This document shows, piece by piece, positions 1 to 13,900 of a stretch of 64,000 nucleotides of DNA. The DNA is from Paramecium tetraurelia (lineage: Eukaryota), in NCBI GenBank assembly GCA_000165425.1, contig CT868285.1:372001-436000 (forward strand), in the 5' to 3' direction. Positions within the stretch are counted from its first letter, which is position 1. Each line of letters begins with the position of its first letter. The notes under the pieces are model-generated. The model made no database searches. It worked only from the letters and a program-made list of their open reading frames with translations, and was not told where the DNA came from. The position numbers and the translations under genes were made by a program.

Positions 1-424
1 CTAATAGACTAAAAGATTAACAAATTACTTTTTCTTTAATTTTATCAAATGATGGTCATAATTCATTTCAATTTTACTTCTATAATCATTGCAATAGACA
101 TCAATTATTCCCTAATGATAATTCGATAGTTAGATTTATTTTAATTTATCTGAATATTTAAGTTATCTTAAACTTAAGAAAAATTTCTTTTACTTTCCTT
201 TTATTGGATATTAATTCTAAATTTCTCAAGTGATTCTTTGCTGAATTTTTTTTTATTTAACGATTAAGAACCATATAAAATATTTATCTAGTTAACAAAA
301 ATTAATTCTAAACATGGTATTTTTCTGATAAAGTGCTTATAATTAAATTTTTAAGTATCTCTAATTGGATGAGATTTTAATGAAAATAAAATAATTATTA
401 TTATATTTATTTATTAATATTAAA

Positions 425-2226
425 TCATCCAAACTTATTGGTAATACCAAGAAAAGTAATTATATCTTTTGGTTGCACTTCTTGATTGTTATATGTTAGT
501 TATTAAAATTATTCTTTAAATGTTTAAGATTGAAAAGAAATATTGATATCTACACAAAAATAAATTAACTTCTTGAAACTTTATAATTCTTCTAATTTAA
601 ATAGCTGATTTTAAGTTATTAATTAATTAATATGTTAGTATAGCATTTATATAGCATCTTAATAACCATTCAAAAAGTAATCATTTGAATCTTGAACATC
701 ATTCAATGGTAGCTTTATTAATTCAGGAAGCGAAGAGTTCTCTTTTCTTAGGGTTTCACAATGTCTTTACAAAATAGTTAGCAATTCTTGTTTTAATTCT
801 ATCAGATATAAATTTATTTATTCAGTTGAGATTAAATCTTTCTAATGTTGATTCAAAAAGATTTGCCAATTTCTATTTGGTTAATTTTAATAAAGTTCTG
901 ATTTCAAATAATTATTCATATCCCTTAAAATAAGTAAATGCATTTTTTTAATAATATAAGCATATACTAATTCAAAGGAATTTGCAGATTTAAAAAAAAT
1001 AGCAATTCTGTCTGCTGCTGAAGCTAATAATTGGCATCTCAAACAATCTAATTAAATTTGAAACCAATAGTGATAATGGCTTGGATCTGAAAATTATGAT
1101 GTGTTCATAACAACGACCAAATAATCAGGTAAGTTTGTTTATGGTTTATAAATAGAAGTTGCTGAAATTATTTGAATTTTTTTTTTTTGTGGTTATTCTT
1201 CTTTAGGGGAAAAAATACTTACAGAATCTATCATCTCTAGTTTTTTTGGAAACTAACAAACAGGACTTATAAAAGATCCAGTATTAAATGCATCTTACTT
1301 TAATTCTCTAATGTATTGACATTACGAATAGAATTGAATATATTCTTGTTAACCCTAAAGTTGAAGATCTTAAATGAATGGATGTTAATAAATTTATAAA
1401 AATGATAATCTTTCCTTTGGATCACAAGTAAGTAATCCTTAGACTAAGGAGAGCAGTGTATTTTTGTATCTTGAAGTTTAACATGGTATATATTGGATAT
1501 TCTTCAAATATTCATAAAATTCTTCTTTTTTATCATATTTAAATCGTACATCATTATTGTTTACTTTAACTTAGTTAATAGATTAAAATTTTATTAAGTG
1601 ATATAAAAATGCTCCAAGCAACCAAGAGTCAAATTTTAAATCAAATTTATAATCTGTTTAATTTGCATTTTCTAAATATTTTACAAAATAATACCTTTAT
1701 CAATTATCTTCTTCAAATATTCAGGTGGTGCCAATATATCTAAGTAATTTTGTTCAATTTATGGTTCGAATCCAAAATCCATTAACACAATTTTATAGTT
1801 TGGTTGAACAACTATATTAAAAGTTGAAAAAACTCTTCCAGGCATTTAATTTTTATGCAATTGATATAAGGCTAATAATAAGTTTTTAAGGTATGATTGT
1901 ATTTCAGGATATTGAAAAGATCTCTGAATTTTGGAGTAATCCTTTATTTTTTGATCTAAAAATTGACTCTCTTCAATATATTCAAATAAAAAGAATTATT
2001 TTTGACCCTCCATGTGCATTTTAATATATTTTCTATATAAATCTTTGTGACTTTATTTTTCAATAATTTTTATTTAATCTTATAAAGATTCACTCATAAC
2101 TTTTTCCTAATTAAAACAAAAAGCATAATATTTTGTTCCAATATTTTAGCTTTTTTCTTCTACTATAAACGCTGTTCCTGAGCTGGTTTCCAATACTTAA
2201 TAAAGGATAGAGAATTATTTATACAT
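425..2226 (-). CDS. Protein kinase-fold pseudokinase with C-terminal extension
   Basis: Code-6 translation MYKQFSILYQVLETSSGTAFIV...LYQLHKNQMPGRVFSTFNIVV...VLMDFGFE...LAPPEYL...FDSWLLGAFLY...LLTCDPKERLSFLQIYQHPFI. DFG, APE and subdomain IX/XI motifs are present, HRD is replaced by GRV, and there is no GxGxxG. Ends TNKFG-TGA. Confidence 0.75.
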
Positions 2227-2272
2227 TTAATTATTTATTAAAATATTTTTTTATTTATATAATGTTGCAACA

Positions 2273-3167
2273 TCATAATGATTAGCAATTATAAGTTGTT
2301 AATAAACTCTATTAACATAAAATCTTCCAAAAACTGTCTAAATTAACTACATTAATAGACAAAGTTGGATTGATATATGGTAATAAAGTAAGATAATAAT
2401 CTCATTAGATTTCTAAATTAAATCTCATAAAAGAGATATTAATTTAAAAAATGGTATCAAAATATTACCTAAAAGAGAGGAACATATAAAGACAAACTTA
2501 ATGAATAATTTCATCAGATTATAAATCTTTATTATTTGATTTTTTATTATAAAATTGATTGATAATGATTCTTACTATAATTTAATATATCAATTTTTCT
2601 TTCAAAAATCATATCTTTTGACGAAATCAGTAATATTAATTGAATGGATTTTAAGCCTAAGTAAATCCATTTGCTGCTTTATTTATTCTTTATACTTGTA
2701 ACAATTTGATATATTGTTTAAGAGTGAACTACGCTTCAATAAAAGATGAGAAGAACTCCTTGTAAGGTTATCTTATATATCAAATTTTATGAGTACCAAT
2801 AAAGAGCTTTGAAAAGAAAAAGAAAATGAAAGAATTTAAATCAAATAAGGCGTAGTATCTTTAAGTTTAGTTTTAGGAGATAATATCTCTTTCAAATAAC
2901 AATATAAAAGAGTTAAACAAGCCATTCTTTTGTTTAAAGTTCCATAATATGATACAATATTCCCTTAAGTCTTTATATTTAACTTTGAGGTATTTAATGA
3001 GTATCTCAAATTCATTTTCAATCAATAATCTCAATAAATATTCCGACTTCAATATACGCTAGAACAAGTGCATACTAAATAGTTGTTAAATTTTCTTTGT
3101 ATTCTTTTAACTCATTAAGTTACACCTATAAATCATATAATATAGCATCCACAATTTTATTATTCAT
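2273..3167 (-). CDS. Hypothetical protein (3' end approximate)
   Basis: ATG at 3167 opens MNNKIVDAILYDLQVQLNELKEYKENL and continues across a probable short intron; no recognisable domain. Confidence 0.3.
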
Positions 3168-3535
3168 TTTGTAATAAAAAGAATTTGAATTTAAGATTTT
3201 CAAAAAGGAATAAGAGTAATAATTCTTAGAAAGAAAAAGAGCTTTATTGATTAAATTGCGTTTGATCTTTTATAATAAAACAGAGTTTTTTTTTTTCAGA
3301 AAGTTGTCATAATTATCAAAAGATCACTTTTACTTTTAAAAAAAAGTGAATATTAAGCTAATATTTAACCTATAATATATAATCATAAAAAAGGTATTTC
3401 AAGAAATGAGATTAAAACAAACTAAAACTTATTAAAAAATAAGTATGATGCAAACACTGAAAAATTGATTTTTAAATTTAAAATACTATTTGTTTAGATG
3501 TCTAAAATTTAATGCATATATAATTGAATTTAAGA

Positions 3536-3857
3536 TCATTTTTCGTCAGGACATTGTCTGATGTACAAAACATTATTACATCTAACCAATACTTCTCCTA
3601 AAATTCCTCTGCTCTTTCCATCAACGTACTCTTCTGTATTCAACATCTATAGAATTATACAAATAAAATTACATGCAAGTTCATGTATTAGTCTGAGCTT
3701 TTTAAAACCCCTAAAATTAGATAATTATTATTACCTCTTAATTCCCATCCCCATTTTAATCTGACGATGATCTGTTTTCTTGTGATTTCTTCAAGGAATG
3801 GTCTTGGATTGATATCTGAAACAGTCTAAAGTAAATAAATGATATATATACATCCAT
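3536..3857 (-). CDS. SNRPF: Small nuclear ribonucleoprotein SmF
   Basis: After removing three tiny GT..AG introns: [81 protein letters not shown]. Matches the SmF Sm1/Sm2 motifs (INPxPFL, LKWG, [14 protein letters not shown]). Confidence 0.93.
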
Positions 3858-3887
3858 GAATTAATATTTAAATAAATAAATATTAAT

Positions 3888-4959
3888 ATGCAAACAAATC
3901 CTAATTGTCCATAACCAGAGGCTTAATATTTAGATAATTATGAAAATTTTGAAGAAGTAACCAAAACGTTTAAATGTCTTCAAAATGTTCATCAGCCACT
4001 TGAACCAGAAGCAACTTACTTTTTGATACGTGCTCCAACTAAAGATAATGTTCATCGTGCCATCAAATACGGAATTTGGACTAGGTAGATATGCAAAAAA
4101 TTTCTTAGTTCGAGTCGTAATAATTAGAAATTAAATGATGCATCTCGTCCGCTTTATTTATTATTTAATGTTACTCAAACATCTCATTTTATTGGAATGG
4201 CTAAAATTGTCAGTAATTTTAGAGAAACTAAGCATTTCATGTATTGGGCAGAGGAGAATAAATGGTTTGGGTCTTTTCAAATTGAATGGGTAATAATCTA
4301 ATAGACAAAAGGTTTTTGTAAGGGATTTACCATACAATGAATTAAGTTCAATTCAATAATCAGATGGCAAATGCATTCATGAATTAATTGACTGTACTTA
4401 AATTGAAAATGGTGATTTAATTTATTCTGCCTTCGAAAAACAACCCTAAAAAAGTTGCATGTTGAAGTCTTTCAAAGAATTGGATAATTCAGAAGTATTT
4501 ATTAATATCCTATTTTTAAGAAAAGAAAGAGAAATGAAAGAGACTCCAATTCAAATTTTGCTATTTAGTTTTAAGAATATATCAGTGTCTTTGAAACAAT
4601 GCCGTTCACCTTCTCTGTAGCTTCTTATTAAAGAAGAAAACAGTAATAGTTTTAAAATCAATATTATTAATAATGTGCTTATTATTACTAAAGTCCTTGG
4701 AGTGGAGTTGGTATATTTTACTATAATTATAGCCTAACCTTCATTTTGGAATTAATAACAGCTATAATAATAACCCTTACAAATATAGTAATAATAACAA
4801 TAATAATAGTAATAATCGTAATAATCCTTGAATAATCCTGGGTTTTATTAAACTTCCAATTACAATAGACCTCAAGCATAAAATCAATAAAACAATAAAC
4901 AACCCAAGAAATTATTAAATCATAAAAATAATAATTAACAGAGTCCAAAAAAATAATGA
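3888..4959 (+). CDS. YTH-domain (m6A reader) protein with C-terminal Q/N/Y-rich low-complexity tail
   Basis: YFLIRAPTKDNVHRAIKYGIWTSS...LYLLFNVTQTSHFIGMAKIVS...MYWAEENKWFGSFQIEWVFVRDLPY matches the YTH fold, with cage Trp residues. Three short introns; TGA at 4957. Confidence 0.9.
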
Positions 4960-5766
4960 AGTTTATTAATATAAAATTTCAAATTATAAACTTATATCTT
5001 ATCTTTTGTACAATCAAGTATTCATTCTTAACATTTTATGAAAAAAAGGAACAAAAGTATATGAAGGATTTAATAAATTTATTTATATATTAACTCTATA
5101 TCTATTAAAAGTTTTATAAAGAATCCTAAATGTTATGAATATTACATTTAAATTAACTTTACAGATAGCATTAAAATACACCTATAATAATTAATTTAGT
5201 AATTGGATAAAAGATATAAGGCAGAAAATGTAGTAGAATTATATTCAAATTTTGATCAATTTTGCTTAAATATATAATCTATCTAATAATTTTTATAATT
5301 GATATAATGAGAAGTCCATAATATTATATGGAAATTATCAGGTAAAAAGATTAATAAATCGGAAATCTCGAGAAAGAAATAGAGATATTGCAAACAGAGA
5401 AATAAGTTGCATAATAACAGGCTAGAATTAACCTAGAAGCAGTATAAGTAATCTAGCAAAATCAGAAGGACAGAAAGTAGTTGCAGCTTCAAGCTGAAAA
5501 TATTCAGCTAAAAAAGTTTGTTTATTAATTATAACACAATTTGAGGACTTTGGAAAAATAATTGAATGAACATTAGAATTAGATAATTCATTAGAATAAC
5601 TAATAGAGTAATTAGGAATCTAATATCAAGCAAATCTTTTAGACCATTTATCAATCAATATAATTAAGCTAGGCAATTTGAGTGAATAATAATTCTAATA
5701 ATAAATAAAATTCTAGAATTAAAATTCTTCTAATAATAAAATATTTATTTCTTTAACATATAATTT

Positions 5767-7040
5767 TCATTTAAGATTATAATCATTTGAAAATACTTTC
5801 AAATAAATTTGGTTTGCTAATGAGTTTATCTATATTAATAATTGGTTTAACGTTTTTTTAGTTTGCCTGAATATCCCCTCCAATTTTGAATTCAATTTTT
5901 TCTATGATTTCATCTTCCTCTTCTGTCTTCAGATTATAACCTCGATATTTGAGAAAATAATACTTTCTCCTTTATGACTTGATAAAGAGTTCTTGCTATT
6001 TCTAGAGTGCATAATAGATTAGATTTATTCTTGTTCGAGTGAATCAATCCAATTAAATTAATAGTCCCAAACAAAATCTAATTTAAAGAATAAATCCCTA
6101 AACAACATTTTAAACCTCTTATAATCTGGTTCTTCTTCAAATTTGAGTTATCTACAATGTTGAAAGTACTTTACAAATTCATGAGGCAATCCATGACATA
6201 AATCTTCAACTGAAATAGTTTATTTTATTGTTTTAATCAATTCATATTTTTCCTCCCTATTATTTACATTTAGACCTTGCCAAGGTAATGATCCTTTTAG
6301 AAAATATAACCATAAATATCCCAAAGATTCCATATCATCTCTTCTGCTTTACTCTTACTTTTAAATAAATAAAATACCTATACCAAGGTGTGTATTTAAA
6401 CTGACATACCTGGCTGTTCCAACCAATCCTTTGTTTTCTTTATAAAGAATATGCTCTCCGGTCTTTTTATCCTTATATTTTTTAGATAAACCAAAATCAA
6501 TTATGTAAATTGTATTATATTTTTTATTGATTCCCATTAAGAAATTTTCAGGCTTAATATCACGATATATATATCCTTTTGAATGGAGGAGAGATATTAT
6601 ATCTATCTAAAAACTAATAGATCTTTTCATAAGAATACCATTTAATCTATAAGCATTAACATGGTCTTTAACTCGAATCTTCTATTAACCAAATTGAAGA
6701 GTTATTCTAAATTATAACCCAACAATTCCATAACCATCACTGTTTTATCTTCCCATTGTCCAAACCAATGGACTTTTGGAATACCTAAGAATAGATTATA
6801 AATATACCATTTCCTTAAATTGCAGATAATATTTAAAATTCATGTTTAATTTGAGGCATTTGAGCTTCTTAACTTTCCTAAATAAATTTAATCAAATTCA
6901 AATTTTACCAATTTAATTGCTACAATCTCATTAGTTTCCATGTTTACTCCTTTGAAAACTTCTCCAAATGAACCACTTCCAAGCTTAGTAGTAATTTTAT
7001 ATAAATTTCCAATAGGTTTCTCTTAATCAAATTGCAGCAT
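5767..7040 (-). CDS. Casein kinase 1 family protein kinase
   Basis: [73 protein letters not shown] and FEEEPDY are CK1 signatures; several tiny introns. Confidence 0.93.
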
Positions 7041-8112
7041 TTTTAATATTTATTTAAACTAATAATTATTGACTAATTGTGTAATTTCATAATTTATATT
7101 TAATAAAGTATATTAAAATTATATTAATTTTACAGCAACCAGAGTTAAGTAATACTTCATTTTGATGATTTTCAAACATAATAATAAGTTAAATAGTTGA
7201 TATATTATATGCTAACTTTTCTATAGGAAGATTCAAATTATAAAATTGATTATTTACAAGGGTTTAATTATATTTAATGAATTAATAAATTATGAGTTAT
7301 TCCATGGCCTAAAAATATTCTAAAAAATGAAGAACCGAAGTACCGTTTGATTAATGTCATTGAAAATATTAAATCTGATTTTTTTTATGGTTCAAGTTGA
7401 GAACTTATTTTACATTATAAAAGAAAAGGAAAATAGAGCTTAGAAACCTTTTGATAGCTACAGACCAGTTAATCGTGAAAGCAATCAGAGTATATAATCT
7501 TAAAAAAATTGAATAACTAAATTTCATAGTAATCCATATAGTATTTTTTGTATTATATCTAAAATAAAATCAGACAACTATTTAATTAAAGAAAATCTTA
7601 GCAGAATCCGGTAGTAAAGATTAAGAAATTGTGGTTCCAAATTAGAATGGCTACAAATTGGGTGTCGTAGATAACCTTCGATGATTGGGCAATTAGTAAT
7701 GTTCCTTGAATGGAGATGTTTTTTATCTATGATAAACTGTATGTTATTATTGGTTGATAATATATATAACTGTGAAAGACGCTTCTTAGAATGCTGAAAG
7801 CGATATAAGTAGTATTTTTAATATTGTTGCCAATTTTTTCTGAATGTAGCTCAATCTGATGACTATTCCGATTTAAATATTAACTAAGGACGATAAATCG
7901 AAATCCATGATTTTATAGGCAATTTTGGAAGAATTCAAAAGGGCTATCGAGGTCATATGATCTGGAAGTAGATGAATTATAAATAAAAATAATATTATTA
8001 GTAATTATAAATATGTGAAAATATATTATTTTATTTTATGTAAATTAAATTATATTGTATGAATTAGTGATTAGAAGAGATAGGCAAACATATATTATGA
8101 TAAATATAATAA

Positions 8113-8576
8113 TCATTATTATTTTTATTCTTGCATTCTTGCACTTTCCATTTCCTTTTTTGTCCTCCTCTTTCTTTTTTGCTATTGTTTTTCCTCTGAT
8201 GGTTATTTTTTTGTATATTTTCTTTTTTATTTTGATGGCACTTCCGAAACAGGTTGCTATTCCTATACCATTTTAATTCTTATTATATTATTTTTATTCT
8301 TCTTTTTTATTAATGGTTCATCAAAATCTTCAGGGATTAGGGCTATAGATTTCAAATAGGATTCAATTTCCTGAGGTTCAATATTATGTACATCAAAATC
8401 AAAAGAAATCCTATTCTAGCTTATTAATTTTACTTTTTTATTATTTCAAAAAATTTTATCCTCTAAGCTTCAATTGATTATTGCTTTTGAATAATGGCCT
8501 ATTCAAGTTAGTTTGCATATTATTGAAGAGTATCGATTGAATTATTACTGCATTATTGTTCCTCAGATTAAATCAT
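8113..8576 (-). CDS. Hypothetical small protein with basic C-terminus
   Basis: MIQSEEQQCSNNSIDTLQQYANQLEQAII..., one probable 23-nt intron, ending KRKRRTKKEMESARMQEQKQQ-TGA. Confidence 0.45.
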
Positions 8577-10910
8577 TTTTAATTTTGGAAAATATTTATA
8601 TAATTAAAACCATATTAATTAGGAACAAATATGTTAAAACCATACTCTACAAAAATTGTAAAAATGCATTTTTTATCAATGATTATCTATCCTATTTAAT
8701 TTGTTTAATTTAGAAAATTATGATAACTGATTGATTATATCATAGATATAATCACTTGTTAGACTATTTCATTTTATATTTATTATTATTTGTATATCTA
8801 CTCAAACATCTTAAGATACATAGAAGAACTAAATTAAATAATACAATATCTTCTATTATCTTACAATACGATAATTATTTTAATATAACTTGAATTGAGT
8901 AAGGATAAAGATTTATAGAGAAAAAAATAATGTAATAAATATAAATATAATTAATTTGTAAATATAAAAATTTGATCTAATGGATATAAGTGATATGTTA
9001 GAATGTATAGCTTTAAATTGAACATTTAGCTAAAAGTTAAGATTCAACATTTTAATGAAGGAAGAAGATTATTGTTTATTTAATACTTAAAGGTTTAACC
9101 AGTATATAACTAAATTTAAGGCCAATATGATAATGTAATATTACCTAAAATTTAATTAAAAATAGTAACTTTTGTAGATGAATGCTTCAAAAATTAGTTT
9201 GATACTGCAAAATAACAATTATAAAATAAAATTTAAATTAAAATTAACAATAAGATGAATTAAAATATAGAATAAAAAACTGTGTAATTTAGTTACTACT
9301 CTACTTGTTAAGATATTTTGAATTAGCAAAAGAAATTACCTATTTTTATTATATAATAACTCTGGTAGTTTTTAATTTTGTCAAAATTTGATTGAATTTA
9401 GGCTTGTAACATTATTGTAACATCATCCATAAATATTTGTAAATGAAATGACAATAATAGTTAGTATAAATAAATTTTCTATTAGTTTTATTTAGTATTT
9501 AAATTGTATTGCAACAAATTTAAATCCAGTAGACAAAATCAAGAATGAAAGACTATTAAAAAAAATTATAAATATGAGCATGTTTCTTTTAAATGGGAAT
9601 TAAATATCTCTATCGATAATTATAAGTGCGAAATTGAGAAAAAATTAACTTTTCTAAAATCTAATTGGTGCTTATAAATATTAATCATTAATCATCTTCG
9701 TAAAATGAAAGAATCATCTTCTCATACTTGATGATTGTACTAAAGACCTTCAATTGACCTTTAAGCTCTGATTTAATTTTCTATTTTAGAGCATCTTGAT
9801 CAGATTTGTCAATTGGCGAGGATATATATCCTAAATGGATTAGATCTATTCCGCTATAATCATCCTTTGGTTTCTGTAATATGATTGGGACTAAATCGCT
9901 TTTGGTGATCAATGTAATGGAGTATTCATGATGAGAGTCATTTAAGTGGAAATTTAATTGGTTGTCTTTACCCCTTAAAAGATTTTACATAGTTTTACCT
10001 CTCTAACCATGATTAATGGTCATGTTCATATTGACCCTATGATATTAATTCGGGTATCAGATTCAAAATTAACAAGGTTGTCATACACAACTAGTTTTTT
10101 ATTTAAGATAATATTTACATATAAGGTAAGATAAGTATCTTCATCAATACTTCATTTTCCATCATTAACTTGTGAATGTAAGCAAGTCTAAGTTCCAGAG
10201 TAATATTTTCTGAACTTAAATTATTCCTTAATTCTATCAGAACATTCAATATAGGTTCGTGATGAATTAAATATTAAAAATATTGAGTCCTTTTCATTTT
10301 AGTAATTTGCTTATAGAGTAGGAGTAGCCATCATCACTTCATACATTCATCAATTAGTTTACGTAATGGTTAAATATTCATAGCAATAGGTAAATCTACC
10401 TTTAATCCTAATAGCATTATTTAATAGAATTAATAATGTAATGATAATACTCTAAAATCGAATTATTTTCATAGATTATTATAATTTTAAGAGATATTAA
10501 GATATGCTTCTATAAGGAAATGATTTGACTAATTGATAGATTAAAATCTATTTAAAAATTAGCGATTATATAATTTTCCAGTAAACTTAATAAGTTTTCA
10601 CTTTAAAAATATCACATATTTTGGTAGCAATCCAATAATAGGGTTATTTGTATTGTATTCTTTGCTATATAAGTGTTATTGCTTACACAGAAATGTATAA
10701 AGTAAAATCTAATATTATTTTATATTGCATCAAGTGAATCTCGTTTATAACTTAATCTTATCAACGGTTAAATGCATATGGGATCAAAGCAGAAATTTGA
10801 AAACTGAACCTCTTCATTGTCAATGCATGATATAGAATTAATAAAATAATAAGAATGATTTTTTAATATTATTAGATTAAATACATATATTTTTTGTATA
10901 ATATTTAATG

Positions 10911-13900
10911 TCATTTCATTAAGGCTTAGCTGTTAATAACTCATCTGTATTTTCTGGTTGTTTTAAATGATCATGGCTTTCTTGGAATTATTTTAAATTT
11001 ATTAAGTAATCACTAAGTTCTTACTACAAAATAGATGAATAGATATTACTCTAAAGTTGTGTGCGTTATTTAAGTTCTAAAACATTCTAGCAATGTGTAA
11101 TTCAGTTTATTGTTTACTAACATTAGGGAAGGCATTGTATAAGGAATTCACAAGATATTAGGATATAAACTCTAAGTTTGATCCGACTTGTTCATTGGAT
11201 AATTTAGCTGTGATTTGTTAATTAGAGGCAACTTAGAACAAGATCATTAATATTTGGCTTTAATGTTTAAATCCACTAGCATGTAGATTATCAGTCAAAA
11301 TTTCTAGGATATCCTTTAACAATCTTAAATGATAGAGGGAATAAAATTGATTGGCAACAACTGCATCGCTATTGACTTACTTTGAAAATATTAATAGATA
11401 ATTACTTATAAGATATAGTATAAGACATCCAATCCCAATTCTTATAAATTAGGTACTTGATGTTTGAATGCCCAAACAATGCAGTCTATCATTAATTTAA
11501 ATTAGTCTTAGGGCATATTAAATAATGCCACTAAATGATATTGGACACAAGATCGCAAAAACTCAAAGAAGTTGATTCTATGATCTGGGTAAGAGTTGAA
11601 ATCTTGACTTATTAATCTAATAGTAGCATCGAACAGTCCTTTTAAAATCAATGGAACTAGATCCTCAATTGGTGCGAGGAACTTCTCAAGCATGTACTAT
11701 AAATATTGAGACTAATATATTACTTTAAAAGTCAATAGCAATTCTGGTTCCTTTTATTCGTTTATAGATTAAGAGTATTCATCAAGGAGATTACAAATAG
11801 GGATAACTAATGAGTTTTTTAATTGATAGTTCTTGTTCAATAATTCTTGATCGTTATTTTGGAAGTAAGTTGCATATAATTTCAAGATTTCCTTTTTCAC
11901 AGCCCTCTATTTCTTCACTGTATAATAACCCATAACGACAACTCCTTGTGCGAGTACTTATTATTGGATACTCTGACTATAAAAGAGATATATTTGATTG
12001 TAGGTAGGTAACAGTTAAATTAATGATTGAGTAAAAGCATATCCAGTAGGTTGAACTATTTGTTATAGGATTCTGAAATATTGGACGAAGAATTGTTAAA
12101 CTTTTTCATCTTTAAAGAGATCAATATAATTGCTTGATGAAGTATATTGACTCAACTGATCATTTAGATGTTTGACTAAACTGTTGACTAATTGAATTCT
12201 GATGTTTAAGTCTTCTTCAAATTTGATCATGTGACTCAAACTTTCATAGTACACCAATTTGTATTGATCTTATAATATTGCAACCTAATCTCTGATGTTT
12301 CTAATGAGTTCACAGATGTAGGGTTCTCTTTCCAATTGATCAGATTGACTATAATTTGATAGAGATAAGAATACATTTGTTGTCTTATGACAAACTCTTT
12401 GCCACACTTTTAACTGATGGTTAAAAATGTATTGCAGGCCATCTCTTGTACACCTGGGAAGGTCTCCTTCATGAACTCAAATAGCTTCTTAATGACTGTT
12501 TTCAGGAAATTCCAATTAGTTCTCAAGAATTTTGGGTATTGTCCTACAACATACATGATATTGGCAGCAACAACAGCTTTATTTTCTTTACCTTTCTTGA
12601 CTTCACAAAGGGAAAGTAAATTTTTAATTGTGTGAATTAAAAATTATTTCTCATCTTATTCTGGCAAACATCCAGATATCGATCCTATTGCCCAACAAAT
12701 GCTATTTAAATTATCAAATGACCATTCAGATCCATCCATCTAAAAATAAATTAATAAATTAATATAAAATGAATAATAGATATGAGACTCTTTAGTTTTA
12801 GACTTTATTGAGATCATTTATAATATCTCAATAAATTACAAGCACGCCATTATTAATGCGTTTTAAGATACAATAATGTTAATTTACCTATTTATCCAAT
12901 TTTTAAGTGATAATCTCCTTTGTACTTGTCCAATTTAATTTTGCCAGATTAATTAAAAGGTCCTTTAATAAATCATATAGAGCATTGTTTTCTGTATTTT
13001 ATAATTCCTCCTTGATTGGCTATCCAGTTTCATCAATGCTGATTAAGACTTCTTGGGGTTTAGCCATTTTGCTTACAACAATCTTTCTCAATTCAACCAA
13101 AATCTATTATTAAAAACTCATAAAATTATTACTCTAGGATAACTATTATTTTGTAAGGAGGGAGGATTCATTTCATTCGAATACAGATTCAAAATGATTT
13201 GATTTCCTTTGGGCAACTAAGATGGCTATTCCAACAACCTCTTGGTAAAGTCAAACCAGAACTCTGCACAAACCTTATAGTTCTATTCTAAGGGTAATTA
13301 AGAGAATCCAATCAGATATTATAAACTGTAATCAACTAATTAAATGACATTTGGATTGGTCTTAGAAACATTCTCCAACCAATCAAGATGTTGACTTAGG
13401 ATTCCTGTAAAGAATTATGTCAAAATAGCACAAAAATCGTCGAAGTATTATAATTAAGTATTGCTTGTTATTCTTAATCTCTATCTTTCCCCTAAAAATC
13501 CGAAGTCACATGGAAAAACTTATCTCAATTTTATTAAGATCTTCTCGAAAATAATACCAATCTTCTGTTATTAGATGATCATCTTCTATTAATCAGCTAA
13601 GAAAGTAGACAATAAAATTTACAATCAAGTTTGAGAATGACTATCTCTGTTAAACATCTAATGGAGAGGTTTCTGAAGTGATTGTTATCAAATAATTAGA
13701 TGAGAATCTCACACAATTATGTCATAAAGATAAAACCAAAAGGAATCCAGGATAAATATGTGTAAAGGGTTTCCAAAGTTTACTTTATCAAGGTTACTTT
13801 AATGTTTTACTTCTCCACAAATGTCTAAACCAAAAAGAAACAAAGTTCAAAGATCAATTAAAACTCTTTGTGAAGATTGCTTTTAAGTTCAACTATTTAA

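Noticed and set aside
5100..10830. Further probable small hypothetical genes (~5135-5685, 7150-7980, 8980-9640, 9700-10420, 10500-10830)
   Set aside because: Coding-like composition, but boundaries and products could not be supported by hand.
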